Part shown: piece by piece, positions 1-12,588 of the stretch | Layout of the letters: each line of letters starts with the position of its first letter | Numbering within the stretch: the stretch's first letter is position 1 | NCBI RefSeq assembly: GCF_003918875.1 | Contig: NW_025765514.1 | Span: 682,001-746,000 of the forward strand | Length of the DNA: 64,000 nucleotides | From: Haliotis rubra | Taxonomy: Eukaryota | Direction: 5' to 3' | Translations under genes and position numbers: made by a program | Notes under the pieces: model-generated | The model's database searches: none | What the model saw: only the letters and a program-made list of their open reading frames with translations | Told to the model about the DNA's origin: nothing

Positions 1-325
1 TGATACACACAGTTATCCTGTGTTAGTGGATGTGTGTGTATTAACGTGTGTGTGTACTTTGGATCATTCAGTTAGTGAAACTAGTGTATAGTGTGTACAT
101 TTCAGTGTGTGTACATGTACAGTGAACAGTGTGTAGTTGTACCATGGGCGTTTTAGGAACACATGATCCAACTCTGTGCTTCGCAGAAAGCGTAAAACTC
201 ACTCACCCCATCAATCAAAATTATTCCAACATGCCATACAGAAACGATCGTCTACAGACAATCTCTTTAATTTGCAATGCCTTTGTTTTTGTGTGCCACC
301 AACCTCCACCCCCTACACATACGAA

Positions 326-341
326 CGCGAGTGTACACACA

Positions 342-373
<32 letters not shown>

Positions 374-378
374 CACAC
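326..378. repeat. (CA)n/(CGCA)n microsatellite
   Basis: Direct reading: cacacacgcacgcacgcacg... Confidence 0.9.
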
Positions 379-1020
379 CTTCAATTACCTGACTCATCAG
401 AACATAATACACCCACTTGAGCAACCCGACCACGACATCAGCTATGCATTGCACCCAGCTAACGGGAGGCAGTTTACCTTATTTATTGTTTCACACTTAT
501 GTGTCGCCATTAAAACGGTAATATTTCGCACATGCGCACTAAATCCCTCTGCCGGTAGAGTTGCTGGACTAAGTAGAATCACTAACAGCATGAACGCCAC
601 ATCGTGCCACAATGTACCGTCCCAAGGTAGGGTAATTAGTGCCGCTTCATCAACACATCCATCTATATCTGTTTCGACACCGTGGTCCCTTGGGCGTACG
701 TTGGTGATGGTCTGGGAAAAGGTGGCGGAGATGGAGTTTCAGCAGCTTGAATCAATCTGGCAGGGTTTCAACAGGTGTGAAAATGTTTGTGTTATTGAGG
801 AGTGTTGGCGAGCGGGAAGAGCGAGCACTTCACTTACTAAAGCACATTAAGTCTTGCAGTAAACACGTCGGTCTTGATGAGATGGGCCTCGTGTAGTTTA
901 CAGTGTGATAGGCTTTTAAAACAATAAAGTGTGCTAAGTGGAGAAAGCCGGGTACCATTTGCTGACCTAGCTATCGTGGGCGGGACAAAACAGTATGACA
1001 AAGCCGGTGTGCCCTACCGG

Positions 1021-1660
1021 ATATGACGTCAGTGTCATAAACAACACCGGGTCACAACACATGGAGTCAGTATACACTATCATCTCGGACGTTAGTACGC
1101 AATACCGTACAGTGTGCACGTACACAATGTTGTAAATGACCTAAATGACGTCAGTACACAATGTCGCAAATATTGTAAGGAAACAGTTTTGTCAATTACG
1201 TCAGAACGCATTACTGTAAATAACTTGAGTACACACTATTGAACATGACCAGGCGCGTAGCAAGCCATTTTTTTCGTGTAAGCCTGATAGGTTGCAAAGC
1301 TATATATTTAGATAGTATTGAGGGCTTGTCCAACCTTTTTACCAAGAATCTCGTGTAAGCCCGGGCTTTTTCTATAATGGTAGCTACACCCTGATGACGT
1401 CAGTACACATCGACTTGTATGATGTCAGTAAACAATGTTTCACATGACGGTAGTACACGGTGTTGTTGATAACTTCAGTACACATTGCAGCACATGACGT
1501 CAGAAAACAATAATTACACACTAATTACCCATGACGTTAGTACACAGTGCCATGCTTGGTGTCACAATGTCGCAAATGACGTCAGCATAAATGCCGTACA
1601 TGGAGTCAGTACATTATGACGTACCGGATGTCAGTACACACTGCCCTATTGACGCCAGTT
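1021..1660. repeat. Degenerate tandem repeat built on a TGACGTCAGTACAC core (CRE-rich)
   Basis: Perfect TGACGTCA at 1024, 1146, 1395, 1495 and 1577, plus many 1-2 mismatch variants mostly followed by GTACAC; interrupted by a MITE at 1250-1393. Confidence 0.7.
1250..1393 (-). mobile_element. 144-bp non-autonomous DNA transposon (hAT5-like MITE), monomeric form
   Basis: CAG...CTG ends with imperfect TIRs; 5-bp TSD ATGAC (1245-1249, 1394-1398); reverse complement aligns end to end with the element at 47232-50483. Confidence 0.85.
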
Positions 1661-1894
1661 CTCAATGGTGGCTGAAACACAGAGCCGACCGGTCCTAGTT
1701 TTATCAACTCATATTAAAACCAAACACGACAGGGTTACAACAAGTTCACGTCCGGGAATCGAACCACCTAGCTTCCGGGCTTACGCTGTATCCACTAGGC
1801 CACAACAGCGGTTTCAGAACTACCAACAGACAAAACTGTAAAATATGCATTACATGCATACACGGAAACACTTCCAGTTGTCCAGCCGAAATAT

Positions 1895-2397
1895 ATATGG
1901 ATAAAGAAAGAATACTTGAACACCGCGATATCACTTCGACACAACCGACAAATATATGAATAAAGAATGAATACTTGAACACCGCGATTTCACTTCGACA
2001 CAACCGACAAATATATGGATAAAGAAAGAATACTTGAACACCGCGATTTCACTTCGACACAACCGACAAATATATGAATAAAGAATGAATACTTGAACAC
2101 CGCGATTTCACTTCGACACAACCGACAAATATATGGATAAAGAAAGAATACTTGAACACCGCGATTTCACTTCGACACAACCGACAAATATATGAATAAA
2201 GAATGAATACTTGAACACCGCGATTTCACTTCGACACAACCGACAAATATATGGATAAAGAAAGAATACTTGAACACCGCGATTTCACTTCGACACAACC
2301 GACAAATATATGGATAAAGAAAGAATACTTGAACACCGCGATTTCACTTCGACACAACCGACAAATATATGGATAAAGAAAGAATACTTGAACACGG
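1895..2397. repeat. 59-bp tandem repeat, about 8.5 copies, with A/B alternation
   Basis: Unit ataaagaa(a/t)gaatacttgaacaccgcgatttcacttcgacacaaccgacaaatatatg(g/a) starts at 1901, 1960, 2019, 2078, 2137, 2196, 2255, 2314 and 2373. Confidence 0.95.
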
Positions 2398-4915
2398 CTA
2401 TTTCATTTCAACTCATATTAAAACCAAACATGACAGGGTTACAACAAGTTCACGTCCGGGAATCGAACCACCTAGCTTCCGGGCTGACGCTGTATCCACT
2501 AGGCCACAACAGCGGTTTCAGAACTACCAACAGACAAAACTGTAAAATATGTATTACATACATATGCGATAACACATCGAGTTTTCTGGGGTTCGACACA
2601 ACCGACAAATATAAGAATATAGAAAGAATACTTGAACACCGCGATTTCACTTCGACACAACCGTGAGTTCGACACTACGAGAATTGACTGCATATGGACG
2701 TAGGCACCAAATACAACACCATCCATGAAATGATGCACAAACCTTACCCTGAATCACCACTAACAAGCTGTACTTGAGGGTGACCCTCCCTGAAACAAGC
2801 AGCCCGGGGGCAGGGGCTACAGTGTCTGTATAATTACTGCAGGCAGAGTGCCATTCCCTGGAAATTAGGATCACCCCATGTCGATTATCTGGCACTGTGA
2901 GATACGACTGCCGCAGAGTGTGGCGACGTGGTATATTACTGCGGGGCCGAGGGCAGGGAGATAAGCATACCTCTTGGGGGAAGTAGAGGCACCTGCCGGT
3001 GGCGCATCTTGTTGATTCCGCTCTGCATTCACTGGAGTAGTATCTTCAGTAGGAAGAAAGAAGACAGCAGATTGACTGATGGCCGAAAGTCAGCAATGTG
3101 CAATTGATGCTTGTTTTTAATCATGTAAACTCATTCCCAAGAACCCTTGTGAGTTGAAGCATCGCAACGTGGAATAACTTCCTGCCAGCAATGTTGAGTT
3201 TGTATATATGGAAGGTACTTTAATTAACAGCGAACTTGTTTCAGTGAATTATGCAATGGATTGCAGGTAACTAAATACAGATAATTATGAAATTATATAC
3301 ATTTCGCAATAAACACATCTTTTATAGCTCGTTAAAAAACACACAAAGCAACTGAAAGAAAGAAGACAGCCATTCACTGGGATGAACTGAATTATACATT
3401 ACAACAAAATCACAGTCTCATAAACAGCTTTGATCTGAGCAATCGGATCAGGTAGAAAACACAAATTCTAGTAATTTGTACGAACATTTATAAAATATTC
3501 TTTCCAGGTTAGAACTTTATCATGAATAGTTTACACACGCTAGATAGCTTTCTTCAGGCTCCTAATCTTTAACTACTGACAAGCAAATCAATTTGAAATA
3601 GACATGTTTAACATAATACTTTTTATGAATCCGGTGTCTCCTCATTTTTTCAGATGGATTTCTGGAGATATTCTCGTATGATCAGCTGTGCTGTACCGTC
3701 ATCATTGCCGATCCTATTGTTATACTGGCATATTGTCCCAGTAAGCTCTTTTCCATCCCAGCTCAATCACAAAGCCTTCCCTGACCAGCTCACCTTGTCT
3801 CGGTAATCCTATTGGTTTCCCTGTTATCTTGTTATCTTTGTATATTAGAAGAGCTGAGCCCGTAGAGCTGTGAGAATCAATAAGAAAGTTGTGATCAATA
3901 AAATAATTGATTTTTATATTTCAGTAACAGAGTGAATTATGAAATACATACACAGTGTTTATATTTCAGAGCTAGGTCAACTGAACATTTAACTAAGCTG
4001 AATCGATTTAGGAACCCATGGCAGATCAATCAGAAACCAACACATTCAATCTGAGTAAAAGGGTATGGTTTGAGTCCAATGTTTTTGAGCGAGTTGTCTA
4101 TCTGAATTAGAAATCAACAACAATTAAAAACAATATGGCGCCGCACATGCTCGACGTACACACCATGTTTTGCCATGTAAATGTAACCTATGTAGTTATG
4201 GGCCGATGGCCTACACTTCTGTAATAAAAGAATTGAATTGAATGCACGCGATCGGACATAGACATCGCTAAATTTTGATCTCTCTGTTTCCCATTTGAAC
4301 TTGCAAGCCTACACACTCCGGCACAGCGATGACTTAACATATCACTGCCACAGGCTAATTTGCATATCACGTGACCGGACTTTTCTCTTGTTTGTAATCA
4401 AACGCGCATATTCATAATAAGAAGAGACTGGACTCACGAAAGCTTTTCGGTGCTCTCTTCATAATGTTTTACATTGTTACATATATATTCTTCCATAACT
4501 GCCACAGTAAGGTCTATGACAGTACATATTTAGATATCAAACTGGCTGCATCGTTTGCTCTCCATCAGCTTCGATGACAGCACGTGGAGCCGTACAACCT
4601 ATGTAAACAAAGGATCGCTTAGCAAATCGAAATAGTGTTACATGTTTTTGGATATTTTCTCAGTGAAACTAAACCATTCTATTAAAGATGTTTAGTTAGA
4701 TGTGTAGACTCGTCAAAAATAAAAGAGTAAAAGAAATCTGTACATTATATTGAATGGACATTGCAAGATGTGACGAATCGCCACATTTTTCTGGCCTGTG
4801 GCAGAGGTACTATGCTGGCTTGCCGCATGGAACTCTGGGTAGGAGAGTGGCAAGCCTATTCAGTCCGTCTCACAGTCCCCGAATTGCGTCATTTTCCCAT
4901 CTGCCTAACCCTTTA

Positions 4916-5551
4916 GGAGCGGTCACATGTTACGGACAAGCACGTCGTAGACCGTAGTAGGGGATGAACGTAGTAGACCGTAGTAGGGGATGAAGGTAGT
5001 TGACCGTAGTAGTGGATGAACGTAGTTGACCGTAGTAGGGGATGAACGTAGTAGACCGTAGTAGGGGATGAACGTAGTTGACCGTAGTAGGGGATCAACG
5101 TCGTAGACCGTAGTAGACCATATTTGACCTTAGTTAAACGTAGTTAGACGTATTTAAACGTAGTTGGACGTATTTAAGCGTAGTTCAACGTAGATCGCCG
5201 TAGTTATGACCGTACTTTGAACTTCAGCAAACCCATGATTTGGCCGTGGTTAGACCAAAACCTTTCAACATGTTCACAATATCTCTACAGTTAGCTTGAA
5301 TGCCAAAACCCTACTGTTACCGGAGTGGTTGTCCATAGTTCTCCCTAGTAGACCGTACTTGACCCTATTGCATCGTTGTGTTGACCGTAGTACACGATGG
5401 TAACATGGCACTGCGATAAAACAACGGTTTACTACTACCTCCAACCTACTTCACCCTACTTGAATCCAGTTCACCGTAGTGGCACTACGGTGACCTACGT
5501 TCAAATGAATCACTATCAACAACGTTCATGACCGTAAGATGTAACCGCGGC
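4916..5551. mobile_element. PIF/Harbinger-like MITE with internal 26-bp tandem repeats
   Basis: Imperfect about 29-bp TIRs (GGAGCGGTCACATGTTACGG... / ...CCGTAAGATGTAACCGCGGC), flanks TTA/TTC; unit gaccgtagtaggggatgaacgtagta about 6 times at 4945-5120. Confidence 0.65.
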
Positions 5552-5734
5552 TTCTCTGCAAAGCTAAGCCCTAAATGAAGCAAGCCTAGATTTCCTCTGA
5601 ATCTCCCTTCTCACTGGGGCTCCTTTTCAGTTTTAAAAGGAATTCAAACTCCGTAGGTGGTGAATGTGTGCCCTGAAACATTTGGCTGTATCGTAAACAA
5701 ACGGAACACTGCCAGTTCGAGCGCTACCATCCAG

Positions 5735-5948
5735 GGCCCCGTTCCTCAAAGCGATCGGAGCGCTACCTTAGGAGCGCTACGACAGCCGTAAGTCTATGTT
5801 AAAATATGGGAGTTACGATCACCTTAGCGCTATCGTGACTGTCGTAAGTCTAAGATCTCGTAACGTTTCTCGTAGCAATCACACCTCCTATACTCTAGTA
5901 TAGACTTACGACAGGCGTAGCGCTACAATAGCTTTGTGAAACGGGGCC
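5735..5948. mobile_element. Harbinger-like MITE (CWG target), double-length palindromic form
   Basis: TIR GGCCCCGTT(C/T)C(T/A)CAAAGC flanked by CAG/CTG; same family as 19833-19939. Confidence 0.75.
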
Positions 5949-6389
5949 CTGGAGTAATAACACAGTTACCGGAGTTGTGTGGGAACAGCGTTGGATGTCG
6001 TCGTGGGAAGAAGAGGGTCACGTTGACAGCCGTTTCGTGATGTCGCTGTACTCTCCTTGTAGGGTTAACGAACACAACAGCAGGCTCAGGTCGACTTTGA
6101 TCCTGTTTCGGCAGTTTGAGAGTCAATTAGCTTCTTACCGTCCATGCGTTCCTCTCGTCTTGGTGTTCCATCGTTGCTGTCGTCGCTAAGTGACGATGTG
6201 TTTCGGGAGACGGGGCTAGAGGGGAAACAATGCCAATCTTGTCACAACGACAGCCAGACGTTAATAACGCCACATGGAATATCATATTGTATCAAAATCA
6301 AAATTGGCATACGAGAAAAGTCACGAAGGGTTACCTGTTGGAAAGATAAAAAACGCGTGTAGCTTTTTAGCATGTAGCTCTACTAGAGG

Positions 6390-7065
6390 CCGTGTTCTAT
6401 GTGTCTGTCAACTGTAGGTCCTATGTGTCTGTCTACTGTAGGCATTGTCATATGTGTCTCCTCTACTGTAGGTAGTGTCTGTGTCTGAAGTCTACTGTAG
6501 GTGTCCTATGTCTTTGTCTACTGTGTATTCTCCCCATGTCTACTGTAGGTGTGTCTGTCTACTAGGTAGTGTAGTCTACTGTAGGTAGTGTCCTATGTGT
6601 GTCTGTCTACTGTACTGGTAGTGTCCTATGTGTCTGTCTACTGTAGGTAGTGTCCTATGTGTCTGTCTACTGTAGGTAGTGTCCTATGTGTCTGTCTACT
6701 GTAGGTAGTGTCCTATGTGTCTGTCTACTGTAGGTAGTGTCCTATGTGTCTGTCTACTGTAGGTAGTGTCCTATGTGTCTGTCTACTGTAGGTAGTGTCC
6801 TATGTGTCTGTCTACTGTAGGTAGTGTCCTATGTGTCTGTCTACTGTAGGTAGTGTCCTATGTGTCTGTCTACTGTAGGTAGTGTCCTATGTGTCTGTCT
6901 ACTGTGTGGTAGTGTCCTATGTGTCTGTCTACTGTAGGGTAGTGTCCTATGTGTCTGTCTACTGTAGTGTAGTGTCCTATGTGTCTGTCTACTGTATGTA
7001 GTGTCCTATGTGTCTGTCTACTGTAGGTAGTGTCCTATGTGTTTGTCTACTGGAAGTAGTGTCCG
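6390..7065. repeat. 29-bp minisatellite, about 22 copies
   Basis: Unit tgtctactgtaggtagtgtcctatgtgtc; homogeneous centre, degenerate left edge. Confidence 0.95.
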
Positions 7066-7319
7066 ATTTGAGTGTCGACCCTAAGTTCCTTATGGCGTCA
7101 CAAGGCAAAACCAGTTGTGTTGATAGACTTGGATATACCTCCTGGACAACCTGTTTTCTTTGATCAAATATACACTGCTGATGATCTCTATGGATCAAAG
7201 ATACATTAGTGGTTCATAGTACATGATAAGCATACCCTGTAATATATTCTACTTTATGTGGTACATTTTCAATACTGAACCATACAATAGTGGTATATAC
7301 GACAGGGAAGCACTTACAT

Positions 7320-8157
7320 CAATCACAACCCCAAAGTGAAGACCTACAACAATCACGCACCCCAAGGATAAGACCCACAAGAATCACGCACCCGAAAGGA
7401 TAAGACCAACAACAATCACGCACCCCAAGGATAAGACCAACAAGAATCACGCACCCCAAGGATAAGACCCACAAGAATCACGCACCCCAAGGATAAGACC
7501 TACAACAATCACGCACCCCAAGGTTAAGACCTACAAGAATCACGCACCCCAAGGTTAAGACCTACAACAATCACACACCCCAAGGTTAAGACCTACAACA
7601 ATCACACACCCCAAGGATAAGACCTACAAGAATCATGCATCCCAAGGATAAGTCCTACAAGAATCACACACCCCAAGGATAAGACAACAATCACGCACCC
7701 CAAATAATACAACAATCACGCACCCCAAGGATAAGAACCACAACAATCACGCATCCCAAGGATAAGACCTACAACAATCACGCACCCCAAGGATAAGACC
7801 TACAAGAATCACTCACCCCAAGGATAAGACCTACAACAATCACGCATCCCAAGGATAAGAACCACAAGAATCACGCATCCCAAGGATAAGAACCACAAGA
7901 ATCACGCACCCCAAGGATAAGACCTACAACAATCACGCACCCCAAGGATAAGACCTACAAGAATCACGCACCCTAAGGTTAAGACCTACAACAATCACGC
8001 ATCCCAAGGATAAGACCTACAAGAATCACACATCCCAAGGATAAGACCTACAAGAATCACGCACCCCAAGGTTAAGACCTACAACAATCACACACCCCAA
8101 GGATAAGACCTACAAGAATCATGCACCCCAAGGATAAGACCTACAACAATCACGCAT
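7320..8157. repeat. 31-bp minisatellite, about 27 copies
   Basis: Unit aatcacgcaccccaaggataagacctacaa(c/g). Confidence 0.95.
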
Positions 8158-8325
8158 CGCGATGATCAGGAGAACACGAATCTTGCAATCCCTCCTCCTA
8201 ATGACCAAACCCGCATCAATTACACTGACGAACGACACATGACGGAAGCTAGTAGTCATGGACGACCTGATATTGTTCAAGTTTCCTGCTAGTAACTACA
8301 ACCGGAAGTGCCATGTCTAGACCTT

Positions 8326-8339
8326 CCACGAGGGGGCGC
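8326..8339 (+). promoter_or_regulatory. Candidate CTCF-binding site, with an adjacent ETS site at 8301-8309
   Basis: CCACGAGGGGGCGC closely matches the CTCF core consensus; ACCGGAAGT about 25 bp upstream. Confidence 0.45.
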
Positions 8340-8679
8340 AATTTCAATGATGAAAATAGACAACACAGAGCAGATGGTTACACCTGGCATGCTATGTTCA
8401 GGTTTCTATGAGAACAGATCGAGTACAGGAACGAACGGAGCTCACTCAAATCTGGTTTTGGTTTCTCTTTTCAATAATTTAACTGGAAAACAGATGCATC
8501 CATATGAAAAACTGCAAATACGACCTGAGATGATATTAGTCGAATATAGCATCTGGGAAACTGTCGGGTTCATAGGGAGTGTCATTTGCCTACACTAACG
8601 TCTTGTGACATTATCATTGTGCCATCTTAGGTTCAGAACCTCCTTCTTTGTTTCATTTTAAGTAGAAAGAAGTTTCATC

Positions 8680-11295
8680 GTCTCACCTAGGGCCTAGGGC
8701 TTGTGTCACTGTCTCCAGCTTGTGTGGCTGTCTCTCCTGAGGTCTTCAGCTTGTGTGATTGTCTGACCTGGGGTCTACAACTTGTGTGATTGTCTCACCT
8801 GAGGTCTACAGCTTGACTGATTTTTCTCACCTGGGGTCTACAGTGTGTGTGATTGTCTCACCTGAGGTCTACAGTTTGTGTGATTGTCTCATCTGAGATC
8901 TACAACTTGTGTGACTGTCTCACCTGGGTCTACAGCTTGAGTGATTGTCTCACCTGGGGTCTACAGCTTGATGGATTGTCTCACCTGGGGTCTACAGCGT
9001 GTGTGATTGGCTCGCCTGAGATCTACAACTTGTGTAACTGTCTCACTTGAGATCTACAGCTTGTGTAATTGTCTCACCTGATGTCTACATTATCATTTTG
9101 CCATCTTAAATTTAGAACCTGTTTCATTGTCTTATCTAATGCCTAGGGCTTGTGTCACTGGCTCAGTATGGATCTGGAGATTGTGTGATTATCTCATATT
9201 AGATTTGGAGCTCGCGTTATTGTCTCGCCTGAGGCCTACAGCTTGTCTCATCTGAGATCTACAGCTTGTGGGATTGTCTCATCTGATTTTTACAGCTTGC
9301 GTGATTGTCTCGCCTGAGGCCTACAGTTTGTGTGACTGCCTCACGTGAGGTCTACAGCTTGTGTGGATTGTCTCGACTGACGCCTAGTTTGTGTGATTGT
9401 CTCACCTGAGATCTACAGCTTGTGTGATTGTCTCACATGGGGTCTACAGCTTCTGTGAATGTCTCACCTGAGATCTACAGCTTGTGTGATTGTCTCATCT
9501 GAGGCCTACAGTTTGTGTGATTATCTCATCCGAGGTCTACAGCTTGTGTGCTTGTCTCACCTGAAGCCTACAGTTTGAGTGATTGCTGACCTGAGGTCTA
9601 CAGCACCTCCGAGGACGCCTCACAGTCTACAGCTTGAGTGATTGTCTCACCTGAGGTCTAGCAGCTCATGAGTGATTGTCTCATCCAGAGGTCTACAGCT
9701 ACAGCTTGGTGTGCATTGTCTCACCTGAGGCCTACAGCTTGAGTGATTATCTCATTTGCTTGAGTGATTGTCTCACCTGAGGTCTACAGCAGCTTGAGGT
9801 CTACAGCTTGAGTGATTGTCTCATCCGAGGTCTACAGTCTCATTGTGAGTGATTGTCTCACCTCCGAGGTCTCACAGCTTGATTGTGTGATTGTCTCACC
9901 TGATTGGCTCACCTGAAGTCTACAGCTTGAGTTATTGTCTCATCCGAGGTCTACAGCTTGATGATTGTCTCATCATCTGAGTGATTGTCTCACCTGAGGT
10001 CTACACAGCTTGAATGATTGTCTCACCTGAGCTTGAGTGATTGTCTCATCTCTACACAGCTTGAGGAGTGATTATCTCATCCAGCTTGTGTGGTCTACAG
10101 CAGTTTGTGATTATCTCATGTGCTTGTGTGCTTGTCTCACCTGACGCCTACAGTTTGTGTGATTGTCTCACCTGAGGTCTACAGCTTGAGTGATTGTCTC
10201 ATCCGAGGTCTACAGCTTGTCTCATTGTCTCATCCGAGGTCTACAGCTTGAGTGATTGTCTCACCTGAGGTCTACAGCTTGAGTGATTGTCTCATCCGAG
10301 GTCTACAGTTTGTGTGATTGTCTCACCTGAGGTCTACAGCTTGAGTGATTGTCTCACCTGAGGCCTACAGCTTGAGTGATTCTCTCATCTGAGGTCTACA
10401 GCTTGAATGATTGTCTCACCTGAGGTCTACAGCTTGAGTGATTATCTCATCCGAGGTCTACAGCTTGAGTGATTGTCTCACCTGAGGTCTACAGCTTGTG
10501 TGATTGTCTCACCTGAGGTCTACAGCTTGAGTGATTGTCTCATCCGAGGTCTACAGCTTGAATGATTGTCTCACCTGAGGTCTACAGCTTGTGTGATTGT
10601 CTCATCCAAGGCCTACATCTTGAGTGATTGTCTCACCTGAGGACTACAACTTGAGTGATTGTCTCATCCGAGGTCTACAGCTTGTGTGATTGTCTCACCT
10701 GAGGTCTACAGCTTGATTGATTGTCTCACCTGAGGTCTACAGCTTGAGTGATTGTCTCATCTGAGGTCTACAGCTTGAGTGATTGTCTCACCTGAGGTCT
10801 ACAGCTCAGTGATTGTCCCATCCGAGGTCTACAGCTTGTGTGATTGTCTCACCTGAGGGTGTACAGCTTGTGTGATTGTCTCACCTGAGATCTACAGCTT
10901 GTGTGTGATTGTCTCATCCGAGGTCTACAGCTTGATTGATTGTCTCATCCTGAGGTCTACAGCTTGAGTGATTGTCTCACCTGAGATCAACAGCTTGTGT
11001 GATTGTCTCCATCCGAGGTCTACAGCAGCTTGAGTGATTGTCTCCACCTGCGGTCTACAGTTTGAGTGATTGTCTCACTTGAGGTCTACAGCTTGGAGTG
11101 ATTGTCTCATCCTGAGGTCTACAGCTTGAGAGTGATTGTCTCCATCTGAGGTCTACAACTTGAGTGATTGTCTCACCTGAGGTTGTCTACAGCTTGCTTG
11201 AGTGATTGTCTCACCTGAGGTCTACAGCTTGAGTGATTGTCTCACCTGAGGTCTACAGCTTGAGTGATTGTCTCATCCGAGGTTTTGAACTTGTG
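8680..11295. repeat. 31-bp minisatellite, roughly 80 copies
   Basis: Unit gattgtctca(cct/tcc)gaggtctacagcttg(a/t)gt; scrambled stretch at about 9600-10140. Confidence 0.95.
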
Positions 11296-11979
11296 TGTTT
11301 GTTTCATCACATATATCTTATCATCAAATCGCCATTTATGTCTCGTGTCCTTGTCCAATCAGACTTTTCCAATGCGTGTGGCATTTCATTTTATGATCGA
11401 ATATGACTCAGTCACGTTGTTTTCAAGTTGTAACTGTGGCAATAATACTTAACATTGTGTTTTTGTTGTTCTTGTTATTTCATCTCCAAATGCCAAATAC
11501 AGTACTCAAGTGGGCTGGACAACATCGCGTGATAACAGACACGCAGTTAGGTGAAAGACAAGGTCATTTGTTGATACACTGACTTCTTCGCGTGTTATGG
11601 ACTTGTCGGAATATATGTAAAAGGAAGCTTTACTATGTTGACCTTTCTGACGTATTTGGTGGTTTTTCATTGTATGTTACGGAAATGTATATCGTCAGGT
11701 GTTTTTCTGTAATTTGAGTATCCAGTTATGTTTGTCAAGTTTTCAAAACACGACGGTTTTTAGTGATCTCATTACAATAGCATGCCCCATTATCCAGTGT
11801 TTCAGACTTTTTAAAAAAAAAATTAAAATCCCCGAAGATTACGTGTGTGCATGTATGTGGGGGGAACGCTCTAACCCACACATAAGCGCTCTCTGACAGG
11901 AATGTGTGGGGACAGTTTAGACTTACTGTCGATATCCCCCATAGCATCCGACGCTCATGCCTACCACTTTATACATCGA

Positions 11980-12135
11980 CGTGGGTAGCCTAGTGGTGAA
12001 AGCGTTCGCTCGTCACGCCGAAGACCCGGGTTCGATTCTCCACATGGGTACAATGTGTGAAGCCCATTTGTGGTGTCCCCGCCGTGATATTGCTGGAATA
12101 TTGCAAAAAGCGGCGTAAAACTAAACTCACTCACT
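11980..12135 (+). mobile_element. tRNA-derived SINE, family A
   Basis: A box TAGCCTAGTGG, B box GGTTCGATTC, tail gctggaatattgc...cggcgtaaaac(TCAC)n. Confidence 0.9.
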
Positions 12136-12334
12136 TTCATACAATATCCTTTCGAATACATCGAAGTGCGACTGGGTTTGGAAACTTACATTATGTTTTA
12201 GATCCTGCCCTTCTTGTTTAAAGACACAGTCCACATATCGAACCTATACGACGTGTCTTGACAACACAAAGTGATGGTTGATGCCATGAGCGACGTCTCG
12301 TGTCGTAATCATCAGAGCCGCCGCCGACGTCTCA

Positions 12335-12512
12335 ACATCGGAGCGATCGTAGCTGCCAAGGAAATCGTAACTATCACACTTCCAGCTGTCTTAGCGCTAA
12401 GAAGGCTTTGTGAAACCGGACCCAGGGTGCCGTTGTAAAAAGCGATCTTAGCTCTAAGGTGACCGTAACTCCCATACCTTAACATAGACTTAAGGTAGTC
12501 TTAGCGCTAAGG
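12335..12512. mobile_element. Two abutting degenerate copies of the CWG-target MITE family
   Basis: ...gctttgtgaaaccggacc-CAG-ggtgccgttgtaaaaagcgatc... and the internal aacatagactta motif shared with 19833-19939. Confidence 0.55.
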
Positions 12513-12514
12513 TA

Positions 12515-12588
12515 CCCGTGAAGGTCTGGGTTAGAAAGAACCTTCAGTAACCAATCGTAAGAGGCGACTAACGGGATCGGGTGGTCAA
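12515..12588 (+). mobile_element. SINE family B, 5' fragment
   Basis: cccgtgaaggtctgggttagaa...cgtaagaggcgactaacgggatcgggtggtca. Confidence 0.8.

Noticed and set aside
176-850. 224-aa plus-strand ORF
   Set aside because: Non-ATG start, runs through a microsatellite, no recognisable domain.
2748-3050. GC-richer segment ending in a minus-strand donor (CAGG|GTAAGG)
   Set aside because: One long open frame but no recognisable homology or clear acceptor; cannot be supported as an exon.
8347-8401. First coding exon splicing to the 13301 acceptor, mirroring the 28.1 kb patch
   Set aside because: Similarity between 8.3 kb and 28.2 kb is too weak by eye, the donor is poor and intron phases do not agree between the two sides.
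9600-10140. Scrambled minisatellite segment as a recombination signature
   Set aside because: Equally explained by consensus or assembly error in a long tandem array; needs raw reads.
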